This document shows, piece by piece, positions 18,132-24,932 of a DNA stretch of 32,000 bases; the first letter of the stretch is position 1; every line of letters starts with the position of its first letter. The notes beneath the pieces are model-generated. The model saw only the letters and a program-made list of their open reading frames with translations. It ran no database searches and was not told the origin of the DNA. The stretch is taken from the NCBI RefSeq assembly GCF_000012805.1, contig NC_007484.1, forward strand, positions 1,560,001 to 1,592,000, given 5' to 3'. The position numbers and the translations under genes were made by a program. This DNA is from Nitrosococcus oceani ATCC 19707. GTDB taxonomy: Bacteria; Pseudomonadota; Gammaproteobacteria; Nitrosococcales; Nitrosococcaceae.

Positions 18132-18641
18132 TCACTGAGCGCACTTATCCAATGCGTGCTGCCGTGCCGTCATTTGGGCGTTAATGTGATCTTTCGAGGC
18201 TGTAATACACCACCTGTAATGATGAGTGTAGCCAGCACTCCAGGTAGGTCCTGATAAGCTACACTCAGCGGAGAGATTAGCTTTGTTCTGCCCAATAGCC
18301 ACGATGCTATATATATGACATCCTTTATCGGCGCCGGCAGGAAACTGGATTCCAGGGCATTTGGCCAATTGGCCTACGCGGGCGGTATTTTCATTTTTAG
18401 CCGCTTTATCTGTGGCATTCAGGCACCATTCAGTATGGTGGGCAGGATCAGAACTCCATCGAGGCATAACATCATAGCCACAGTCATTTTCAATATTTTG
18501 CTCATTTTGGGCGACAGCGGTTTGAGTATACATAGAACAGTACACTTTATTAGCGGCATAAGAGGATGAATGGGGCCCCATAAGGCCCAACATTAAGAGC
18601 GGTGATAACCATTGAATTTTTCTTTTAAGTGATATGTTCAT
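18132..18641 (-). CDS. Secreted protein made of two tandem ~60 aa four-cysteine domains (uncharacterised)
   Basis: A signal peptide (...LLMLGLMGPHSSSYA) is followed by two alignable repeats, aa 35-95 and 108-167, sharing C-x3-Y-x4-A-x2-QN-x2-N-x4-C...P-x-WS...HH-x2-WC...TAR...L-x-KC. Confidence 0.65.
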   Translation of the reverse strand: MNISLKRKIQWLSPLLMLGLMGPHSSSYAANKVYCSMYTQTAVAQNEQNIENDCGYDVMPRWSSDPAHHTEWCLNATDKAAKNENTARVGQLAKCPGIQFPAGADKGCHIYSIVAIGQNKANLSAECSLSGPTWSAGYTHHYRWCITASKDHINAQMTARQHALDKCAQ

Positions 18642-18724
18642 TGTTATTGATCTCTCCTAATATCTAAATGATTCTTTGTATAGCTGAGCAGCAATCTATA
18701 GGCGATAGCAATAGATTAGAGAAA

Positions 18725-18894
18725 GGATATAGCATACCCGCGACAATGAGGAATCCCTTGAATATTATATACAAGTATAAGATGCTTTTGGGCCTGCAAC
18801 GAAGTGTGCCCCTGGTGTTGAGATAGAAACGATTGGCTTTGAGCGTAATCGGATGCGCAGGGGTTATGATTATCCTTCAAAGTATGCTATATCC
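18725..18894. repeat. Perfect 13-bp inverted repeat arms separated by 144 nt in a long AT-rich intergenic region
   Basis: GGATATAGCATAC (18725-18737) is the exact reverse complement of GTATGCTATATCC (18882-18894). Confidence 0.6.
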
Positions 18895-19060
18895 AAGCTT
18901 ATGAGCTGGTTGAAAAGCTAATTGTTATGCAGAATACGTAAGACAAGAGAGATATGAAATTTGAAGGACATCAGGAGGGAGGTCAGCACTGTCAGGTGCT
19001 GTCATTGCTTGACTGTTAAAACAGGGGCAGTTGGGGTATCTAGAGGAAAGGAGATTCGAT

Positions 19061-19807
19061 ATGGTTCTGAATGAAAAGCAAAAGTCCCTTTGCAGGGGGC
19101 ATCGCTTCGATTTTTCCGGTCTGAGAGCTTTATTTCTTAATTGTACCCTCAAACCCACTGGAACTCTCTCCCATACAGAGGGATTGCTAGAGGTTTCTAA
19201 GGCCATCATGGCAGCCAATGGTATTACCGTGGAGGTTTTACGTCCAGCGGATTACGATCTGGCGCCCGGTGTTTACTCTGACATGACCGAGCATGGTTTT
19301 GCTCGGGATGAATGGCCTCAACTTTGGGAAAAGGTAAAGGCTGCTGATATTCTGGTGCTTGGTACTCCCATTTGGCTCGGTGAGGAAAGTTCGGTTTGCC
19401 GCCGGGTGATCGAGCGGCTTTATGGGGAGTCGGGCAAGCTGAATGAGAAGGGCCAATATTTCTACTATGGCCGGGTGGGCGGCTGTATCGTTACCGGTAA
19501 TGAAGATGGCATCAAGCATTGCGCTATGACAGTGCTCTACGCTTTACAACACCTGGGCTATACTATTCCCCCCCAGGCCGATGCGGGCTGGATCGGTGAG
19601 GCTGGCCCTGGCCCTTCCTACCGTGACAAAGGCTCCGGCGGGCCGGAAAATGATTTTACCCAGCGCAACACGACTTTCATGAGCTGGAACTTGATGCATA
19701 TGGCGCGTCTATTGAAAAAAGCGGGTGGTATTCCTGCCCATGGCAACCAACGGTCTGAATGGGAAGCGGGTTGCCGTTTTGACTATCCTAACCCGGATTA
19801 TCGGTAA
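19061..19807 (+). CDS. Flavodoxin-like NAD(P)H-dependent FMN reductase family protein
   Basis: RALFLNCTLKPTGTLSHTEGL...ADILVLGTPIWLGEESSVCRRVIERL...GGCIVTGNEDG is typical of flavodoxin-fold NADPH-dependent FMN reductases. AGGAAAGGAG lies upstream of the ATG at 19061; the ORF-track start is TTG at 19031. Confidence 0.8.
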   Translation: MVLNEKQKSLCRGHRFDFSGLRALFLNCTLKPTGTLSHTEGLLEVSKAIMAANGITVEVLRPADYDLAPGVYSDMTEHGFARDEWPQLWEKVKAADILVLGTPIWLGEESSVCRRVIERLYGESGKLNEKGQYFYYGRVGGCIVTGNEDGIKHCAMTVLYALQHLGYTIPPQADAGWIGEAGPGPSYRDKGSGGPENDFTQRNTTFMSWNLMHMARLLKKAGGIPAHGNQRSEWEAGCRFDYPNPDYR

Positions 19808-19843
19808 GAGAACACCGGTTCTGAGAACACCAGCCGGGGGAGG

Positions 19844-20434
19844 TTAGGCATTAAAGGTGAATTTAGAAGGGTTAAGATACCACAGCAGGATGCCGCCCTG
19901 GGCTGCGCCAACAATGCTCCAGCCAATAGCCCAACTTAGCGGATCGCCCATGGCTCCTGCAACAGCTCCACCCATGGTCCAGCCAAGGGCAATGCCAAGG
20001 GCCGTCACGGGTATTTGCTTCTTTTGAAGGTGAAGCGGCTCCAATGTTAACGCATAGCCAGTCACCCATCCACCTATAGCGCCAACTGTTGCCCATCCTA
20101 AGGGCCAACTCAGAGCAATACTCAAGGCATCGCCGATAGCGCCCACAATGGCCTCAAAAAAGGCCAAATTAATAGCCCAGCCCAAGGCCAGCACAACTAC
20201 TTGCTTGCTTTGAATGGAAGGGTTGACTATGGTTAAGGCATACCCTGTCGCTAGACCGCCAATGGCTCCACCAATAACCCATCCCATAGCATCACCGATG
20301 ATATCATCGCCAAAAGCCCAGCTGAGAACAATGCCAATCGCCCCAACCATGACCCAGGCACTGATCATCAGCACCATAAATTTTTCCCGGTTAGGTGTAA
20401 ACTCAGCGGGGTTGGCAGAGGGTAGCAGTCCCAT
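19844..20434 (-). CDS. Hypothetical glycine-zipper membrane protein built from three ~60 aa internal repeats
   Basis: Repeat unit: ALGWAI..A..AIVGAIGD.LS.A.SW.LGWA.VGAIGG..TGYALT..P...QKKQ. The three copies begin at MISAWVMVGAIG..., LALGWAINLAFF... and TALGIALGWTMG.... Confidence 0.6.
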   Translation of the reverse strand: MGLLPSANPAEFTPNREKFMVLMISAWVMVGAIGIVLSWAFGDDIIGDAMGWVIGGAIGGLATGYALTIVNPSIQSKQVVVLALGWAINLAFFEAIVGAIGDALSIALSWPLGWATVGAIGGWVTGYALTLEPLHLQKKQIPVTALGIALGWTMGGAVAGAMGDPLSWAIGWSIVGAAQGGILLWYLNPSKFTFNA

Positions 20435-20664
20435 GAAATTCCCTTTGTTGTTGCCTGGTAATGACTAATATTATAAGCGTTTCTAAATACCAAAAATAAC
20501 CACGAATTACATAACCATTTAGAAAATATCGGTATCTTGTTTCATACAAATAATAAACTTTTAAGCCGTTGCCGCTCGCGTTTCTAGAAGAATATTGATT
20601 CTATTATGGTTTGCCTAACGGCTAAAGAAAAGATAACAGCATAATAGCTAGTGAGGAGAATGCT

Positions 20665-21216
20665 ATGGTGAAGATGTGCAGGAACATTGTGCTTATATGG
20701 ATAGGATTCATAGTGTCTGCCTGCGGAGCTATACCTATCACGGATGGGGCGCACTCCTCTCTTCCAGAAGCAGGTTCCGTCGTTATTGTATGGAGTAGTC
20801 ATCCCGTCGTGACTGATACTATGAGTATTTGGTTACATAAACAGGGACTCGTTCCCATCGAGCGAAATTGGCTTGAACAGATTTTAAAGGATCAGGACGT
20901 TATTTTGTCTAATTCTGATGATGATCAAGTGATTATCATTGAGTCTGCAAAAAAAATGCACATCGATCTTGTTGTTTTTGGGGATTTAGATCAAGAAATT
21001 CGAGCACCCATGGTTTCCATTCGAGGGTTTAATGTGGACTCTAACCGGGTTCTGTGGGAAGGAAGCGCCCATTATGACCAATACATTAAGGTGCCATTAA
21101 ATCATGCGCTAGTTGATTTGACCTGCCAGGCACTTGCTACTGCCTGGGGATTGCGGGAGAGAGGAAAAAGTTGGTTCCGGACATCAGGAGATATATGTCT
21201 AACTGACTCTAAATAG
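20665..21216 (+). CDS. Hypothetical lipoprotein with CsgG/LpoB/FlgO-like (TolB-N-like) sequence pattern
   Basis: Lipobox IVSAC. GLVPIERNWLEQILKDQDVIL...IDLVVFGDLDQE...MVSIRGFNVDSNRVLWEGSAHY resembles the ER..L..il.Eq.l / vv.G.l / r.vdv.tg.vlw pattern of that lipoprotein clan. GAGGAG lies 7 nt upstream of the ATG. The gene is AT-rich. Confidence 0.6.
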   Translation: MVKMCRNIVLIWIGFIVSACGAIPITDGAHSSLPEAGSVVIVWSSHPVVTDTMSIWLHKQGLVPIERNWLEQILKDQDVILSNSDDDQVIIIESAKKMHIDLVVFGDLDQEIRAPMVSIRGFNVDSNRVLWEGSAHYDQYIKVPLNHALVDLTCQALATAWGLRERGKSWFRTSGDICLTDSK

Positions 21217-21283
21217 AATAGTGATCAGAAACCCGGACTCTTAAACTTCAATCGCGCAGCAGGATTTAAAAATAGGCGATAAC

Positions 21284-21925
21284 ATGATTTCTCAAAGTTC
21301 CCCTAATTTAAAAACATACCATGTGCAAAGAGAATTATTTTTTACCTTAACAAAAATAGCGGTAATTTTTATTTATGGGCTTTTTATCTTATCTTTTATG
21401 GGATGTTCAGCAACGCGCTCGGTTACCGAGACAAAACGAACTTTTCTGGAACAAGTTCTGATTACGCAGTCGGTAAAAAGTAGTTTAAACCATGCAAAAA
21501 TACCCCTCCCGGACGGCGCCTCTGTCCAGGTGACCACTTCAGGCTTAACAGACGATCAATATTTCGCTATAAAAGTTTTTGAAGCATGGCTTGGCCAGCA
21601 GGGATATAAGGTGATTGAGGATAACGCGGACTATGTAATACGAGTAGTTTGGCATGGAATTGGCACTGGTTATAACGAGTTTTTATTTGGATTTCCTCCT
21701 ATTAGCAGCACGCTTATTCCCTTTTCGACTCCAGAGCTTAGTTTTTATAAGATGGTTGAACAAGATGCAAGGACGCGATTATCCATAAGCATTATCAAGA
21801 AAGAAGACGGTCAATTTGTTTCTGCGACGCCTGCTTATGAAGGTAAAGCCTACTATGCGGTAAAAACCTTCTTGTTTGGGTTTACTTTTGAGTCAACCAA
21901 TCTAGCGCCTCCTCCGCCAGAATAA
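21284..21925 (+). CDS. Hypothetical lipoprotein
   Basis: Long n-region, then LFILSFMGC lipobox. No family recognised. AT-rich like its upstream neighbour. Ends with PPPPE. Confidence 0.55.
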   Translation: MISQSSPNLKTYHVQRELFFTLTKIAVIFIYGLFILSFMGCSATRSVTETKRTFLEQVLITQSVKSSLNHAKIPLPDGASVQVTTSGLTDDQYFAIKVFEAWLGQQGYKVIEDNADYVIRVVWHGIGTGYNEFLFGFPPISSTLIPFSTPELSFYKMVEQDARTRLSISIIKKEDGQFVSATPAYEGKAYYAVKTFLFGFTFESTNLAPPPPE

Positions 21926-21969
21926 GGCGGCGTATGGGCTACACAGAAACAGTTAAGGGGAAGAAGGGT

Positions 21970-22629
21970 TTAAGCGCCAACTTTATAGGCGTTTTCCGCC
22001 GCACGACGGCGATGAAAGTGGCCATAAATCAATACACTCACAATGGCGGCATAGAGGCACCACAACGAAGTAAATGCCTCTGCTTTGAAATACATGACCT
22101 CCAATATGCCTAGCAGGTTGGCGACCCCTAGGCCAATCAAGTAACTGTAGCCGGAAAGAAACAACGGGCCGCAGGTGGCGATGACATAGACCACAGCCAC
22201 TGTCGTATAGTTGGTGCCCTCGTTAAGGTAAACGATACTGTTTTCACTCTGGAAAATACGAGTATCGAATGCCGTTAAGGCCCACAGAATGTAGAGCGCC
22301 AGCGCTATGCCGATCACCATAAATGGTAAGATTCGTTGGCGCTGGTTCTGGCCAGGCTCGATGAGCCATACTGACAATGGCATCAGGATTGGCAGCAATC
22401 CCTGCGCATAGAGCATAAAAGCTGCTCCCATGCCATTGAGAACTGCCGGTGACAATTTACCATCCAGACCTAGCCAAACAAAGCCTTCGATGATCTGATG
22501 GAGGGCAAATAGTAGTGGGAGGGCAGCGAAAAGTACTTCGTTAGTATGCTTTACACGCAGCAAGGTTGCTATACCTACGGTGGCAATGACCGCACCTCCC
22601 GCGAAATTGGCAGTAGCTGAAAAGCACAT
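21970..22629 (-). CDS. Hypothetical 6-7 TM membrane protein (possibly DUF6629-like)
   Basis: MCFSATANFAGGAVIATVGIATLLRVKH... The sequence is uniformly hydrophobic with short loops. The family name is from memory only. Confidence 0.55.
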   Translation of the reverse strand: MCFSATANFAGGAVIATVGIATLLRVKHTNEVLFAALPLLFALHQIIEGFVWLGLDGKLSPAVLNGMGAAFMLYAQGLLPILMPLSVWLIEPGQNQRQRILPFMVIGIALALYILWALTAFDTRIFQSENSIVYLNEGTNYTTVAVVYVIATCGPLFLSGYSYLIGLGVANLLGILEVMYFKAEAFTSLWCLYAAIVSVLIYGHFHRRRAAENAYKVGA

Positions 22630-22896
22630 ATGATAAGAATCTCTTGCTTGGTGTTATTGGTTGCTATAGCCGATCATGGCAGAACTCCAATGAAAATAAT
22701 AGAAAGCGGTTAATCCATGAGCATCTCACAAGCCCTCAGTTATCTTTTTTCTTGGTGATTTTGGGAGAATTGCAGCCCTCTAGCAAGCTTATGCCCTATT
22801 ATAAGTATGCTCTGAGAGAAAAGACTTTTCCAGTTGCTAGGCTCAATGCTATTCCTCACAGTTTAAGGTATTAAGAGCAATTTTGGAGAATATATT

Positions 22897-24540
22897 ATGA
22901 GCGCGAGGCGTCAGCTTAGATTTTGGTTGATTGGGTTTTTGCTCTTTCTCATCTCGGTTTACCTACTGCGGGAAATTTTGTTGCCATTTGTGGCGGGCAT
23001 GGTGGTAGCCTATTTGATTGATCCCCTCTGTGATTGGCTTGAGCGGAAGGGATGCTCGCGCACGGCGGCGACGAGCCTAGTGACTGCAGGATTCATCCTG
23101 GTCGTTAGCATGGTCTTGCTGTTACTTGTTCCGCTATTGCGGAGTGAAATTGTGCATTTGATAGAAACACTGCCTTCCTTGATCGCTCGGGCTCAGGATT
23201 CAACCTGGCCCTGGTTGCAGTTACTTCAAGAGCGTTGGTCCATTGATATGTCCCAGATCCAGAATGCCGCCAAGGATCAGGCAGGCATATTGATTAAGTG
23301 GATAGGCAAGACCGTGGGGACGATTCTGAGTAGCGGTTTAGCATTAGCTAATCTTTTGTCGCTCGTTTTTATTATGCCAGTAGTAGCGTTCTATCTGCTA
23401 CGGGATTGGGACAAACTGATAGCCCAGATCGATAGTCTGCTGCCGCGAAAACACGCCCCTGTCATCCGGGAACAAGTCAAGCTAATCGATACGGTTTTAT
23501 CGGGTTTTATACGTGGTCAAGTCAGCGTATGTTTGCTGCTTGGCACTTTCTATGCTGTGGGGTTGGCGTTGATTGGGTTGGACTTCGGATTGATGGTGGG
23601 CATGCTTGCAGGGTTGCTCTCATTTATTCCTTATGTGGGCACTATCGTAGGTTTTATTGCAGGGATTGGATTGGCCTTTGTGCAGTTCTCCGAGTGGACC
23701 CCCATCTTTCTGGTGGCGGGAGTTTTCGTGATAGGGCAGGTTGTCGAAGGTAATGTACTAACGCCCCGTCTGGTAGGGAATCGTGTGGGATTGCATCCGG
23801 TCATGGTCATTTTTGCCCTTCTAGCTGGGGGGGGATTGTTTGGCTTTTTGGGTATCTTGCTTGCTGTTCCGGTAGCTGCGGTGGTGGGGGTGTTAACCCG
23901 GTTTGCAATTAAACAGTATGTGACGAGCCGTTATTATTTGGATCTTAGCCCAGCGGCAGATTCACCGACCCAATTAACCCATGATCATATTTCGGAAGGG
24001 AAGACATTAACAGAGGGCGGGGATCGACGAGAACATAAGGTATTACAACAAAGTCCCCCGATAGGGGTAACCCAATATTCGTTGGTTACAACCTGGCGTA
24101 TAGAGGCACCGATCGCCGCTGTCTGGAATGCTATTTCCAATGCCGAGAGCTGGCCAACGTGGTGGAATTATGTGGAACGGGTAGTTAAATTGAAGACAGG
24201 CGATAAAAATGGTTTGGGTTCCCGTTATGGTCTCCTATGGCGAACTCGTTTGCCCTATAAGATTTCACTCGAGTCCAAAGTGACCCGTATTGAGGCCCCT
24301 GTTTTTGCTGAAGTAATAGTGAGTGGTGATGTGGAAGGATGGGGGCGATGGCGTCTTGCTAGCAAGGGGAGCATCACGGAAGTGCGCTATGACTGGCATG
24401 TGCGTGTCACCAAGTTTTGGATGAATTGGCTAACTCCGTTGCTTAAGCCTGTTTTTAAATGGAACCATAGTGTGGTTATGAAGCAAGGTGGTAAGGGGTT
24501 AGCCCGTTATCTTGATGCTCGTTTTATTGGCATGGAGTGA
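22897..24540 (+). CDS. AI-2E family transporter (paralog 2) fused to a C-terminal SRPBCC (START/polyketide-cyclase-like) domain
   Basis: The N-terminal ~345 aa are an AI-2E permease (LLPFVAGMVVAYLIDPLCDWLERKGCSRTAATSLV...GQVVEGNVLTPRLVGNRVGLHPVMVIFALLAGGGLFGFLGILLAVPVAA). A hydrophilic linker of about 48 aa follows, then a ~150 aa SRPBCC-like domain. Confidence 0.85.
   Translation: MSARRQLRFWLIGFLLFLISVYLLREILLPFVAGMVVAYLIDPLCDWLERKGCSRTAATSLVTAGFILVVSMVLLLLVPLLRSEIVHLIETLPSLIARAQDSTWPWLQLLQERWSIDMSQIQNAAKDQAGILIKWIGKTVGTILSSGLALANLLSLVFIMPVVAFYLLRDWDKLIAQIDSLLPRKHAPVIREQVKLIDTVLSGFIRGQVSVCLLLGTFYAVGLALIGLDFGLMVGMLAGLLSFIPYVGTIVGFIAGIGLAFVQFSEWTPIFLVAGVFVIGQVVEGNVLTPRLVGNRVGLHPVMVIFALLAGGGLFGFLGILLAVPVAAVVGVLTRFAIKQYVTSRYYLDLSPAADSPTQLTHDHISEGKTLTEGGDRREHKVLQQSPPIGVTQYSLVTTWRIEAPIAAVWNAISNAESWPTWWNYVERVVKLKTGDKNGLGSRYGLLWRTRLPYKISLESKVTRIEAPVFAEVIVSGDVEGWGRWRLASKGSITEVRYDWHVRVTKFWMNWLTPLLKPVFKWNHSVVMKQGGKGLARYLDARFIGME
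24076..24537 (+). other. SRPBCC-like ligand-binding domain portion of the 22897-24540 ORF
   Basis: YSLVTTWRIEAPIAAVWNAISNAESWPTWWNYVERV...GDVEGWGRWRLASKGSITEVRYDWHVRV...KWNHSVVMKQGGKGLARYL shows the W-rich pattern typical of stand-alone SRPBCC proteins. Confidence 0.7.
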
Positions 24541-24622
24541 TTGAAAGACTTGTTGGCCAATCCCAATGATTTCTTTCTTCTGAGCAGGGGAAAGGTGCAA
24601 TAAATTATTGCTTCGCTAGGTA

Positions 24623-24664
24623 TTGACATAAATAATATCTATTATGATAATAGTTCTCATTAGT
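24623..24664 (+). promoter_or_regulatory. Sigma70-like promoter with overlapping Fur box, upstream of the TonB-dependent receptor
   Basis: TTGACA (24623-24628), a 17 nt spacer, then GATAAT (24646-24651). GATAATAGTTCTCATTAGT (24646-24664) matches the 19-nt Fur consensus GATAATGATAATCATTATC at 13/19 positions. Further NATWAT-like hexamers extend to about 24690. Confidence 0.55.
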
Positions 24665-24932
24665 ATATATAATAATATTATAATGATTGGCCATGAAAGA
24701 TGGCGGCATCAGTAAAGCAGGTGGTTTTCTGCCTGAAAAAAAAGGGACAATCACTCTATTCCTGCCAGAAAATAAAGTTCGCCTACGCTTACATAGCGCC
24801 ACTTTATTTGCTTGCAGTCGTGAAGTAATTATTGAGCGTGAGGGGGGAAGAATACCGTCTTTATCTCACAAGCAAGGAAAAATTGATCCGGCCATGGTTT
24901 CTACCCAACATTTTTTTGGAAGGAATATTTAA

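Noticed and set aside
22644-22874. 76-aa plus-strand ORF in the divergent intergenic region before the second AI-2E gene.
   Set aside because: It has no SD sequence, an odd composition and no recognisable domain. It lies where divergent promoters are expected and is probably non-coding.
24693-24932. Possible cobalamin (B12) riboswitch in the long leader of the TonB-dependent receptor, since btuB-type receptors often have one. The leader contains GCCACT and CCTGCC strings.
   Set aside because: I could not find the B12-box (AGYCMGGAGACCKGCC-like) or the GGGAA/GGTG core in the right order. The upstream Fur box argues for iron rather than cobalamin control. An Infernal scan would settle it.
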